Assembly: GCA_964631935.1 (NCBI GenBank)
Contig: CAZWAV010000001.1
Span: forward strand, 291,595 to 355,594
DNA from: an uncultured Candidatus Saccharibacteria bacterium
Lineage (GTDB): Bacteria > Patescibacteriota > Minisyncoccia > Phycocordibacterales > UBA9973
Length of the DNA stretch: 64,000 bases
Direction: 5' to 3'
Part shown: positions 46,374 to 55,950 of the stretch, piece by piece
How the letters are laid out: each line of letters begins with the position of its first letter
How positions within the stretch are numbered: position 1 is the stretch's first letter
The notes under the pieces: model-generated
Databases searched by the model: none
What the model was told of the DNA's origin: nothing
Seen by the model: the letters and a program-made list of their open reading frames with translations, nothing else
Made by a program: the position numbers and the translations under genes

Positions 46374-48113
46374 ATGCAAATACTTTATTCATATCTCAAG
46401 AACTACTGGAAAATCCTAGTCCTTACATTATTCCTAGCTACTACTAACCAAGTTTTCTCTTTACTTGATCCTCTTATATTCCGTCATGTTATCGATGGCT
46501 ACGCGACTAAATTCGACCAATATACATTTCATCAATTTGTCAGGGGTGTCGGGCTACTACTTGGTCTTGCTGTCGGAGCTGCGTTCGTCTCACGTGTTGC
46601 GAAAAACTTCCAAGATTTCTATGTAAATACTATTACACAGAGAATGGGGGCAAAGATGTACGCCGATGGTATCAAGCACTCACTTGAGCTTCCCTATGCG
46701 CAATTTGAAGATGAGCGGAGTGGAGAAACATTGGGAAAGATTCAGAAGGTCCGTACAGACACACAGCTTCTCATCACTTCAGTTATTAATGTCATATTCA
46801 CAACTCTTGTCGGATTCGTATTCGTCATGATTTATTCTATAAATATATACTGGGCTATTGCACCACTATATTTACTAACTATTCCACTTATTGGAGGAGT
46901 ATCATTACTTCTTTCAAAGAAAATCAAAAAAGTTCAGCAAGTTATTTTTGCTGAGACGGCTGCCCTTGCAGGTACGACAACTGAATCACTTCGCAATATT
47001 GAGCTTGTAAAAAGTCTCGGTTTGTCTGAACAAGAAATTAATCGACTCAATAATTCGACAGAGAAAATATTGGCCCTAGAACTTAAAAAAGTAAAATATG
47101 TCCGCAGTCTTGCGTTCGTCCAAGGTACCATTGTGAACTTGGTGCGTACAACAATATTATTCATAATGCTCTATCTAATATTTATACAGAAAATTACTTT
47201 TGGTGAATTTTTCTCACTTTGGATTTATTCATTCTTCCTATTTGGGCCACTACAAGATTTAGGCACAATTATAGGTACATATCGTGAAAGCCAAGCTAGC
47301 CTTGATAACTTCAAGAAAATCCTTGAAACTCCTATTGAGCATAAGCCACAAGGAGCTAAAGGTATAGGCGCAATAGAATCATTAGGCTTTAAAGATGTGG
47401 CATTCAAGCATAAATCAGGCACCACAGAAGCTCTTGGTGGAGTATCCTTTGATGTTCACAAGGGGGAAACCATCGCATTTGTCGGCCCGTCAGGATCTGG
47501 TAAGACTACACTAGTGAAACTCCTTGTCGGTCTATACCAACCACTTCGTGGAAATATTTTGTATAATAAAATTCCTAATACAGAAATAGACATAGAGACC
47601 GTTCGTTCCCAGATAGGCTTTGTAACCCAAGACACTCAACTCTTTGCTGGTACTATCCGTGAGAATCTACTCTTCGTAAACCCAGATGCGACAGATGAGA
47701 TGTGCATGGAAGCACTTGAGAAAGCAGCCTGTCAATCACTCCTTGCTCGCGCAGAAAAAGGTTTGGACACACTCATAGGTGAAGGCGGAGTAAAAGTTTC
47801 AGGGGGTGAGAAGCAACGCCTATCTATTGCCCGAGCCCTCCTTCGCAAGCCAAAGCTTTTGGTATTTGATGAAGCAACAAGTTCACTTGACTCTATAACA
47901 GAAGAAGAAATTTCAAAGACTGTGCAATCTATAAGTGAAGCTAAGGAGCACATAACCGTACTCATCGCTCATCGACTCTCTACTATTATGCATGCTGACC
48001 GTATCTACGTCCTTGAAAAGGGCCTTGTAGCAGAGAGCGGAACTCACTCAAAACTTATAGAACAAAAAGGTCTCTATGCTGCTATGTGGAGACAGCAGAT
48101 TGGGGAGAAATAG
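46374..48113 (+). CDS. ABC transporter, fused permease/ATP-binding protein (type I exporter, MsbA-like)
   Basis: 579 aa. Six predicted TM helices, then the NBD with Walker A (GPSGSGKTT), signature (VSGGEKQRLSIARAL) and Walker B (LLVFDEATSSLD). Confidence 0.85.
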   Translation: MQILYSYLKNYWKILVLTLFLATTNQVFSLLDPLIFRHVIDGYATKFDQYTFHQFVRGVGLLLGLAVGAAFVSRVAKNFQDFYVNTITQRMGAKMYADGIKHSLELPYAQFEDERSGETLGKIQKVRTDTQLLITSVINVIFTTLVGFVFVMIYSINIYWAIAPLYLLTIPLIGGVSLLLSKKIKKVQQVIFAETAALAGTTTESLRNIELVKSLGLSEQEINRLNNSTEKILALELKKVKYVRSLAFVQGTIVNLVRTTILFIMLYLIFIQKITFGEFFSLWIYSFFLFGPLQDLGTIIGTYRESQASLDNFKKILETPIEHKPQGAKGIGAIESLGFKDVAFKHKSGTTEALGGVSFDVHKGETIAFVGPSGSGKTTLVKLLVGLYQPLRGNILYNKIPNTEIDIETVRSQIGFVTQDTQLFAGTIRENLLFVNPDATDEMCMEALEKAACQSLLARAEKGLDTLIGEGGVKVSGGEKQRLSIARALLRKPKLLVFDEATSSLDSITEEEISKTVQSISEAKEHITVLIAHRLSTIMHADRIYVLEKGLVAESGTHSKLIEQKGLYAAMWRQQIGEK

Positions 48114-48117
48114 AAAG

Positions 48118-48864
48118 TTATATATTATGAAAAAAGACTTTCATATTTTCTAAATCAGAACCTGAGGTGAAAATCTCAGGTTCTTTTTTATTATCGCTCG
48201 GTGAGATATTATTCTCCTTTACTAATTGCTCTACCCTCTTCACCACAGCCGGCGCAGGATCTATAATATTTACTTTATCTCCAACAATTTTTTTAATGCG
48301 ATTTATAAGAAATGCATAGTGGGTACAACCGAGCACTAGCTGGTCTATAGTTTTTTGTAAAAGTGGTGTTAGATATTCTCTCAATAGCATTTCTGCTTCA
48401 TCGCTATCTGCTTTTCCCTCTTCTACGAGCTCTACTAATCCGTAGCCGATAACCGTATGTACTTCTACATCGTGGGCATAGTGTTCAATGCTTTCTTGTA
48501 ACTTTTGGCCTTCGGCTGTCACTTTCGTAGCAAGTACTCCTATGTGTTTTGTATTAGATAATTCACTGGCTGGCTTTATAGCTGGCTCAATACCAACAAA
48601 AGGCACATTGTATTGCTCACGTAGTGTTTTGATGGCAGCAGATGTAGCAGTATTACAAGCTATAACAATTAGCTTGCAATCTTTTTCTAACAAAAAATCT
48701 ACAACATCAGAAGAAAATTTTATTATTTCTTTTGGCTCTTTTGTGCCATATGGCAAATGTTCTTGATCAGCATAGTATATAAAGTTATAGCCTGGTAAGG
48801 TTTCTTCTAGATATTTGAGTATCCATAATCCTCCAATCCCTGAATCAAATACGCCAATATTCAT
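48118..48864 (-). CDS. murI: Glutamate racemase
   Basis: 248 aa. The VFDSGIGGL, IVIACNTATS and LVLGCTHY motifs are present. Confidence 0.85.
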   Translation of the reverse strand: MNIGVFDSGIGGLWILKYLEETLPGYNFIYYADQEHLPYGTKEPKEIIKFSSDVVDFLLEKDCKLIVIACNTATSAAIKTLREQYNVPFVGIEPAIKPASELSNTKHIGVLATKVTAEGQKLQESIEHYAHDVEVHTVIGYGLVELVEEGKADSDEAEMLLREYLTPLLQKTIDQLVLGCTHYAFLINRIKKIVGDKVNIIDPAPAVVKRVEQLVKENNISPSDNKKEPEIFTSGSDLENMKVFFHNI

Positions 48865-48869
48865 ATAAC

Positions 48870-49556
48870 TTATCTTATCACAATAAGCTCCTTTGGTGAT
48901 TTAGTCAGCGGTATGCAACCCTTTTTAGTTATTAAGCATGTATCTTCTATGCGTATCCCTATCTTATTCTTAATATATATACCCGGCTCAATAGTTATAA
49001 ACATATTCTCTTTAAGGACTGGTTTGGTGAGCTTATGGTAGAGTCGCGGAGCTTCATGAATTTTCGTACCTACCCCATGGCCTAGCATATGAATAAAATA
49101 TTTTTTATATTTACCAAGAGAATTGCGGACTACCTCATCTATATGGGCACATTTTATTCCTACTTTTGAAATATCTATTCCCTTCTCTTCTCCTTTTAGG
49201 ACCAAATTGTATAAAAATTTATCTTCTTTATTGGGTGTGCCAATAAAAATAGTGCGTGTCATGTCAGACATATACTTTTCATAAACAACACCAAAATCAA
49301 CAATCGCAAAACCTTTTAATTTTGAATCGGTAGGTTGTGGATGTATTTCATTTCCAGCATTTTTACTTGAGGTGACGATAGGTTTAAAACTTGGTCGTAG
49401 TCCTCTTTTTTTAATTTGAAGAAGAATAAAATCACGAAGCTCAATCTCGGTCATATTTTTTAAATCTTTTTTGAGAATAACCGAAAAAATGGCATCAGTG
49501 ACTCTGCATGCCATTTTTATTTTCTTTATCTCATCTCTATTCTTAACCTGCGCCAT
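48870..49556 (-). CDS. M24-family metallopeptidase, catalytic pita-bread domain only (MetAP/prolidase-like)
   Basis: 228 aa. Metal-ligand pattern D..D...HGVG...E...E (IVDFG, SDMTRT, HMLGHGVG, IEPGIY, RIEDT) is present. Confidence 0.65.
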   Translation of the reverse strand: MAQVKNRDEIKKIKMACRVTDAIFSVILKKDLKNMTEIELRDFILLQIKKRGLRPSFKPIVTSSKNAGNEIHPQPTDSKLKGFAIVDFGVVYEKYMSDMTRTIFIGTPNKEDKFLYNLVLKGEEKGIDISKVGIKCAHIDEVVRNSLGKYKKYFIHMLGHGVGTKIHEAPRLYHKLTKPVLKENMFITIEPGIYIKNKIGIRIEDTCLITKKGCIPLTKSPKELIVIR

Positions 49557-49557
49557 C

Positions 49558-49983
49558 TTACTGCCAACTTCCTAGAATTACACCGAACACAATGAATGTC
49601 ACCAGTTGAGCACCAGTTGAAATGAAAAACATTTTCCAAGCTATTTTGCTAGGCTTTCCACTCCAGAGAGCGGCACCTGCTTCGGTTGTCATAATGAAAC
49701 CAAACCAAGTGCATATAGCGACACCTAATGCGGTCTCACTTCCTGCCCAATTGGCAATATGATAATCAAGAACACCAGCAGTTATAAGAGAGAGAATAAA
49801 TTGCAAGAAATACATTCCCCACATACTTTTCTTCATAGCTTCCTTTTGCTCGAGAGACATAGTGTCTGCGCCCATTATTTGCATCCAAGCTTTACCAAAC
49901 AAAGGGCCATACCATAGAAAGCCCACGGCCATAGCTGCCACACCACATACTATGATAGCTAAATAATTTACTTCCATAATCAT
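49558..49983 (-). CDS. Small membrane protein, DUF1761-like
   Basis: 141 aa with 4 TM segments. The FLWYGPLFGKAW motif is present. Confidence 0.5.
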   Translation of the reverse strand: MIMEVNYLAIIVCGVAAMAVGFLWYGPLFGKAWMQIMGADTMSLEQKEAMKKSMWGMYFLQFILSLITAGVLDYHIANWAGSETALGVAICTWFGFIMTTEAGAALWSGKPSKIAWKMFFISTGAQLVTFIVFGVILGSWQ

Positions 49984-49993
49984 AAATTTATAA

Positions 49994-52900
49994 TTAATTA
50001 CTAATAGTTACACTAACCGCTGGTGAAGTCGCGGTGTTTCCTAGATTGTCTGTTGCTTTAGCAGTAAGAGAGTACGTACCATTTGCTATCTGGGTACTGT
50101 TGTAACCAGTTCCACCATCGATATCAAATGGACTTTGTCCTGATATGTCATGACCTATATATGTTGTATCTAGATAGAAATCAACAGTAGTAATAGTGTT
50201 AGGACTTGTGATTGCAATTGATGGAGCAAAGACACCACCTGAGTTTTGATTGATGACAAATGGTGAGAATGCGAAGCTCCCACTACTCGCCCCCACTACA
50301 ACACTCACATTGTCAGTACCTGTTCCACCTTGATTGTCAGTAACTTTTAGTTTGAATACTGATGTACCTTGGGTTAGTCCTGTTATTGTAGTTGTGGCTT
50401 GATTTGGAGTTGTGATAGTTCCAGAACCTGAGACTCTAGTCCAAAGATATGTTGAGATAGTTCCATCAATATCTGTGCCTGATCCTGAAAGAGTAACAGA
50501 GTTTGTAGGTAGAGTGATTGATTGATCAGGACCTGCATTTGCTGTTGGTGTATCGTTTTGAGTAACTCCACCTGGCATAGCGTTTAAGATGACTGATGCT
50601 AGGTTATTAGTTGTATTTGTCTCTCCTCCTGAAGGTGTTCTGATACGGACACTAATCGTCGTCTTTGAAGAGTTTGTACCGGTCTTGGTATATCTCATAG
50701 TGATTGGACTTGTTCCTGATGCAGGGATTATTGCACTTGAAGATAGAGTGTAGTAACTAGAGTTACTAGAGTCTAGTGTCCAGTTTGGACTCGTAACCAG
50801 TGCAGCTGAGAAGCCACTAATCTTTGGAATTCTAATTGTGATTGGAGCTGTTGTGGCTTTACCTGCTATCTCTTTAACATTGATTGATAGATCAGCTGTA
50901 CCTCCTTGAGTAGAGAGTAGTATTGGGTTTGGTGAGAGAGCGAGTGTTAGGTCGGGAACGGTACCGCCAGAGGTTGTATTACTGACTATTAAGTTAATAG
51001 CTGTACTTGTTGCTACGTTAGGTGTTGGAGAAGCTGTATCGTAGGCTTTTGCTGTAATTGAGTATGTACCATTAGCAACTGTAGTTGTATTCCAAGTTAT
51101 TGAAAATACTGAACCTGGCCCTGAAGTTTGTGTACCTAAAAGTGTTGAACCTTGATAGAATTCGACTTTTTGCATTGCGTTATTGTCTGTTGCATTAGCA
51201 GACAAAGTAACAGATGATCCCGATATAGTTGAGCCTGATGTTGGAGCAATAACTGATACTACTGGCGGTACATTATCTACATTCTGCACATTCACACTAA
51301 CCACAGATGAGATACCTGAGTTACCAGCAGCATCATAGGCTTTAGATGTAATTGTGTGGGTACCGTTTGAGACTGTTGTAGTGTTCCAGATACATAGATA
51401 TGGTGATGTAGTGTCTGGGTTTGGAGTACAGTTTAGTAATGTAGTTGTACCATCTATGTAGAACTCTACTTTAGTGACACCTACATTATCTGTAGCATTA
51501 GCTGCTACTTGTTGTGTGGTACCGAGGACTGTTGTACCTGTTGTTGGGGATGTGAGGGAGGTGGTAGGAGCAAAGGTGTCGGAAGTTCCATATTCGTAGG
51601 CACCGAGGTCGGGTTTGGTGCCGTTGAAAGGGATAGTTACTCCATTTAAGTTATTAATGATTGTTCCTTTATCGATAAACTTAGAGGTTGCTGAAAGTTT
51701 CAAGAACGGAAGATTAGGAAGCGACCCATCTGCCTGACGAGGACCGTCAACACCTGTTGAATCAAGACTTTGGAAGTCAGATGCTGCGATTTGAAAAGAT
51801 GTAGATTGTAGGTTTCCAAAATTGAGCTGATATTGTGTGTGCCAATAGTTTGTTGAAATACTTGGAACACTAGTGCCATTAGTAGTACTAGTACCATTGA
51901 TTCCATCAAAAACGAAGTCTCCTCCTGAATCACCCCTGTTGTTGTTCCAGGCAATATTGTTCATGAAGATGTGTGCGATACTTGGATTACTTGATCGTCC
52001 TGCACCAAAGCCAAAACCGTCATTTCCATTACCCCAAGCAATGTTGTTTACGAGTTGCATTTTGTGTGCGTAAACTGCATCCATATTTTCTTGGAACCCT
52101 CCACCCGTATTTTCAAAAGAAACGTTATTGTAGACAAATTTTCTCAGACTATTTGGATCTCCAATGTTTGGAAGACTTGGATTATGTCCACCAAGTTTGA
52201 ATCCTTCACCTGCCCATGCGGGAGTCGAGTAAAGATAGTTAATTATATTTGACCATCCACCTGGTGTCATGCTAGCAGTAGGAGTAGTGGAAGTGGTGTT
52301 AGCAGCATCTACTGGAACATCTATATTATTTTTCCACGGCTTCACACCATTCCAAAATGACCAGTTGCCGATATAGGTGATTTTACTTCCTGCCCAGTCG
52401 AATGAATCTATGCCATCATCAGAGTTGAGATACATTCTATTTCCTTTGAACGTATTGCCAGTTGATGTGTCTCCTCCTGTTCCAACTGAGAATCCATCTC
52501 CTGTATTCCATGCACCATATCCTGTATCATATCCTTCTCCATTGTGATGTGAATCGTTGTTTAGAATAAGATTATTGTTTGAGTTTTCAACATTAAAACC
52601 AGTACCAGCAATGTTGTAGACATTTAGTTGCTCAACAGTGTTGTTATCGGAGTTGCTAATGAGAAACCCTCGTGAGATACCGAGCCCTGTTGTTCCTGAG
52701 TGTGCTTGTCTAAGGTTTCGGATGACAAGACCTTTGAGATCCACATACGTCGAATTAGCAAGGATTACACCCCATGGATTTGCGTTTGTTGGAAAACCCA
52801 CATTATATAAATCAAAGATTGGAACTTCGCCAGGATAATTAGCAATGGTTATCATGTTGCCTGATGCTCCATGCTGATCATGGATATTTAGATGGACATA

Positions 52901-53218
52901 TGCACTTGCTCCTTTTGTACTTGTATATATACCACCACGGAGATAGACAATGTCTCCTGGGTTGAGGGTGATTGATTCTAGTTTTGTTAAACCCCATGGA
53001 GCAGAAATAGTACCTGATGCTGAGTTACTTCCTGTTGGAGAGATATAGTATGTATTAAAAGCGCTAACTTGAGTTGAGGAGATGATGCTTGCGACTGTAA
53101 ACAAAACTGTAAATACAAGCAAGCCATAGTGAACAATTTTGTGGAAACCTGTCTCGTGCCAATGCTTATACCAAGCTAAATTATCCGAAAGATGCTGGTG
53201 AAGTTTTTTCATTTTCAT
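49994..53218 (-). CDS. Large (1074 aa) surface protein: N-terminal anchor, right-handed parallel beta-helix (pectate-lyase/carbohydrate-active-like) domain, then tandem Ig-like/PKD-like domains
   Basis: Signal-anchor at the N-terminus. Asn/Gly-rich beta-helix repeats (NNIAWGNGNDGFGFG, NVSFENTGGGF). Two Big-like domains (KVEFYIDGTT...SKAYDAAGNSG; KVEFYQGSTLLG..AKAYDTAS). A PKD-like segment (TYLWTRVSGSGTITTP...FKLKVTDNQGG). Confidence 0.7.
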   Translation of the reverse strand: MKMKKLHQHLSDNLAWYKHWHETGFHKIVHYGLLVFTVLFTVASIISSTQVSAFNTYYISPTGSNSASGTISAPWGLTKLESITLNPGDIVYLRGGIYTSTKGASAYVHLNIHDQHGASGNMITIANYPGEVPIFDLYNVGFPTNANPWGVILANSTYVDLKGLVIRNLRQAHSGTTGLGISRGFLISNSDNNTVEQLNVYNIAGTGFNVENSNNNLILNNDSHHNGEGYDTGYGAWNTGDGFSVGTGGDTSTGNTFKGNRMYLNSDDGIDSFDWAGSKITYIGNWSFWNGVKPWKNNIDVPVDAANTTSTTPTASMTPGGWSNIINYLYSTPAWAGEGFKLGGHNPSLPNIGDPNSLRKFVYNNVSFENTGGGFQENMDAVYAHKMQLVNNIAWGNGNDGFGFGAGRSSNPSIAHIFMNNIAWNNNRGDSGGDFVFDGINGTSTTNGTSVPSISTNYWHTQYQLNFGNLQSTSFQIAASDFQSLDSTGVDGPRQADGSLPNLPFLKLSATSKFIDKGTIINNLNGVTIPFNGTKPDLGAYEYGTSDTFAPTTSLTSPTTGTTVLGTTQQVAANATDNVGVTKVEFYIDGTTTLLNCTPNPDTTSPYLCIWNTTTVSNGTHTITSKAYDAAGNSGISSVVSVNVQNVDNVPPVVSVIAPTSGSTISGSSVTLSANATDNNAMQKVEFYQGSTLLGTQTSGPGSVFSITWNTTTVANGTYSITAKAYDTASPTPNVATSTAINLIVSNTTSGGTVPDLTLALSPNPILLSTQGGTADLSINVKEIAGKATTAPITIRIPKISGFSAALVTSPNWTLDSSNSSYYTLSSSAIIPASGTSPITMRYTKTGTNSSKTTISVRIRTPSGGETNTTNNLASVILNAMPGGVTQNDTPTANAGPDQSITLPTNSVTLSGSGTDIDGTISTYLWTRVSGSGTITTPNQATTTITGLTQGTSVFKLKVTDNQGGTGTDNVSVVVGASSGSFAFSPFVINQNSGGVFAPSIAITSPNTITTVDFYLDTTYIGHDISGQSPFDIDGGTGYNSTQIANGTYSLTAKATDNLGNTATSPAVSVTISN

Positions 53219-53295
53219 GATTTTAGTTATTTATATTAATAAAGTAATTATATAAAGGTTTGGGGGGTATGTCTATAGATACATATGGGTATAAA

Positions 53296-53326
53296 TAAAA
53301 CCCCCTTAATTAAGGGGGTTTTATTT
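53296..53326 (-). terminator. Rho-independent terminator (aaaaccccc-ttaattaa-gggggtttt) ending the msrB/small-peptide unit
   Basis: G/C-only 5-bp core extended by A/T pairs, followed by ttatttat. It begins 10 nt after the small ORF stop. Confidence 0.5.
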
Positions 53327-53335
53327 ATAGTTTAA

Positions 53336-53440
53336 TTACGCTGCGGCTTCTTCTGTACTAGGAGCTTCTGTGCCTTCGTGCATAGTACATCCACCCGCGC
53401 AAGCCTCACAATTATCACATGTTTTTACTTCTTCTTCCAT
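53336..53440 (-). CDS. Unannotated small Cys-rich peptide (34 aa): MEEEVKTCDNCEACAGGCTMHEGTEAPSTEEAAA
   Basis: Hand translation of the minus strand (ATG at 53438-53440, TAA at 53336-53338). It carries a CxxCxxCxxxC motif. It lies 54 nt downstream of msrB on the same strand, immediately before the terminator hairpin. It falls below the ORF-track size cutoff. Confidence 0.4.
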   Translation of the reverse strand: MEEEVKTCDNCEACAGGCTMHEGTEAPSTEEAAA

Positions 53441-53493
53441 AAAATTTCGTCTATTAAATAATAAAACCAACCCATATACAGTATACCATTATC

Positions 53494-53883
53494 TTATTCA
53501 TTTTTGTCGAGATCCAGAGCGCAAGAATTCATGCAATAGTGCTTGCCTGTTTTCGCTTCAGCATCATCGAATATATGACCTAGGTGTGATTTGCACTTAG
53601 TACACACTACTTCAGTACGATGCATACCCATACTATTATCCTCTAAATATTCAACACTCCCAGGAATAGACTGGTCAAAGCTTGGCCAGCCAGCAAGGCC
53701 AGGCATATCTGAATGATATTTTGATTCGGATGAAAACAAAGGATTACCGCATACTTTACAGTTATATGTTCCTTCCGCTGTCTCTTTATAATACTTACCA
53801 GAAAATGGAGCTTCTGTTCCCTTCTCTTGGGTCACGTGATATTCTTCGGCTGTTAACTTTTGTTTTAATTCTTCTTTATCCAT
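53494..53883 (-). CDS. msrB: Peptide-methionine (R)-S-oxide reductase MsrB (zinc-binding type)
   Basis: 129 aa. Two CxxC zinc pairs (CKVCGNPLF, CTKCKSHLGHIF) and the catalytic RYCMNS motif are present. Confidence 0.85.
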   Translation of the reverse strand: MDKEELKQKLTAEEYHVTQEKGTEAPFSGKYYKETAEGTYNCKVCGNPLFSSESKYHSDMPGLAGWPSFDQSIPGSVEYLEDNSMGMHRTEVVCTKCKSHLGHIFDDAEAKTGKHYCMNSCALDLDKNE

Positions 53884-53899
53884 ATTTTTATTATATCAA

Positions 53900-54583
53900 T
53901 TATTTTTGTAAGTAAGCTAGCCAGTAGTCGCGTTTATAAATGCGATCATTGAAAGTTGTATAGCTCGTCTTCTTCTCAAGGTAAAGTATTTTAAAAAATT
54001 GACTATATAGCTTTATAAAATCTTCTTTACTGAAAACTCTCTCCGTAAGACCGATCTCTTTTATCATATACGTATCATATTCTTTGCCAGGACTTTGCTT
54101 TAATAAATTCTTTACATTTTTATTGCCATCTTTACACAGCGCTCGGACAAACATATACCCACCATTCTTTAATACACGAGCAGACTCTCTCAAGTACACT
54201 TCCCTTCCTTTTTTATCTAATGAGTTAGAGCTCGTAATGTCTAAAATAATATCTATCGAGTCATCTTTTATATCATAAGGTGAACCTATATCACCTATTC
54301 TATAATCAACACTTAAGCCTAATTCTTTTGCTCGAGCTTTTGCAATATCGAGTGCATTTTTTGATATTTCAATACCTATAACACTATTATCTTCGGCTAA
54401 GTAATTTGAGTTACGCCCAGTACCACAACCAAGATCAAGGATAGATTTATTTTCAATCTTATATTTTTGTTCTTTTTTTAAGAATTTGAGGAAGCGTAAC
54501 GTGTCAGCTTGTGGGCCATCTTTCTTTGTGACAAGTTTAGGATTTCTATATTCTTTTTCCCAGGCTAAACCTTGATGGGCCAT
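53900..54583 (-). CDS. Class I SAM-dependent methyltransferase
   Basis: 227 aa. SAM-binding motif I is ILDLGCGTGRNS. Confidence 0.7.
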   Translation of the reverse strand: MAHQGLAWEKEYRNPKLVTKKDGPQADTLRFLKFLKKEQKYKIENKSILDLGCGTGRNSNYLAEDNSVIGIEISKNALDIAKARAKELGLSVDYRIGDIGSPYDIKDDSIDIILDITSSNSLDKKGREVYLRESARVLKNGGYMFVRALCKDGNKNVKNLLKQSPGKEYDTYMIKEIGLTERVFSKEDFIKLYSQFFKILYLEKKTSYTTFNDRIYKRDYWLAYLQK

Positions 54584-54584
54584 A

Positions 54585-55835
54585 TTATGCTTTAGTTATA
54601 TCACGTGGGTAGAAAATATTTAAAGTCCAGTCGATAACTATTTTAATTCTCTTAGAGGAAGATAAGAATTTAAAGAGGTAGACAGTACGCCAAATGAACC
54701 ATGCAAGAGGTCCAGAAAACCTAATCCCGTATATATCAGCCACAGCTCTCCACTGGCCTAGTGACACAAGACCGCCTTTGGATTTATAAGAGAAAGGTAA
54801 AAGTTTTTTACCTTTCATTAATCTTTTGATATTTTGCGCTGTATGTGCGCCCTGTTCAACAGCAACTTGGGCGAGCATCGGTAGAGGCTTACCTTCTGTA
54901 CCAGAGGCAAGACTTGCTATGTCTCCAACAACAAAAACATCTGGACATCCTTCTATCTGAAGTGAAGAATTAGTAATAATGCGTCCCCAATTATCTAGAG
55001 GTACAGGGTGTGTGAAGATTGGAGTATTTGGTTTTACTCCGGCAGTCCAAATAACACGATTGACTGGTAAAATAGAATCATCTAGAAGAACAACCGCATC
55101 ACTACGAACTTCTTTGACTCCAGTACTCAGCATTACCTTGACTCCACTTTCTTTAATAACCTTGAGGGCATTTTTGCGCAAAGATTCATGAAATGGCCCT
55201 AAAACTTGTGTATCTCGATTAATTAAATAGAGAGAAATATCTTCGTATTTAATGAGCCCATGGTAATACTTTAGGAATGTATCATGCACAAGCTCGGCAA
55301 TCTCTGTAATAAGCTCTACTCCTGTTGGACCACCACCAATAACAGCATAAGAGAGTTCTTTGCGACGTACATCTTGATCTTTCATTTCTGAAGCTTTTTC
55401 AAATGAATCTATAAGCATTCTGCGAATCTTGATAGCATCGTGTAGATCTTTTAAGACCATACTATGCTCTTCTGCTCCTGGAGCATTAAAGAAGTTTGTG
55501 GTCGCTCCGAGTGCTACAACAAGTATGTCATAAGGTAGTTCATCGATGCTCGTCTTAACTACGTGCTTTTCGCAATCTATAGACTGTAGTTCAGCTACGT
55601 GGAGCTTGTCATTAGTTTTGTATATAACCTGACGTATTGATTCTACAACCTGATGATGCTCTATACCACCTGTAGCTACTTCATGCAGGAGTGGTGTAAA
55701 AAGAAAGTAATTCGTACGATTTACAATCGTGATGTCTATCTCATCATGTTTAAAATATTTATATAAACCCTTGTACGTATAAAGACCCCCGAATCCTCCT
55801 CCAAGTATTACAATCTTTTTCTTTTCTTTCTTCAT
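54585..55835 (-). CDS. ndh: Type II NADH dehydrogenase (NDH-2) / FAD-dependent pyridine-nucleotide-disulfide oxidoreductase
   Basis: Start set at internal MKKEKKKIVILGGGFGGLY (first GxGxxG). The NDH-2 hallmark FTPLLHEVATG, a second dinucleotide fold (YAVIGGGPTGVEL) and a C-terminal amphipathic/membrane segment are present. Confidence 0.7.
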   Translation of the reverse strand: MKKEKKKIVILGGGFGGLYTYKGLYKYFKHDEIDITIVNRTNYFLFTPLLHEVATGGIEHHQVVESIRQVIYKTNDKLHVAELQSIDCEKHVVKTSIDELPYDILVVALGATTNFFNAPGAEEHSMVLKDLHDAIKIRRMLIDSFEKASEMKDQDVRRKELSYAVIGGGPTGVELITEIAELVHDTFLKYYHGLIKYEDISLYLINRDTQVLGPFHESLRKNALKVIKESGVKVMLSTGVKEVRSDAVVLLDDSILPVNRVIWTAGVKPNTPIFTHPVPLDNWGRIITNSSLQIEGCPDVFVVGDIASLASGTEGKPLPMLAQVAVEQGAHTAQNIKRLMKGKKLLPFSYKSKGGLVSLGQWRAVADIYGIRFSGPLAWFIWRTVYLFKFLSSSKRIKIVIDWTLNIFYPRDITKA

Positions 55836-55950
55836 AATATAGTAGTATTCTATGCTAAATTGGCATTTACCACAAATGTTGATTTTCTCAATTTTCATCG
55901 TAGTATATGTTTTCTATGACATATGGTAAAATATAAAAAAACCTCGAAAT

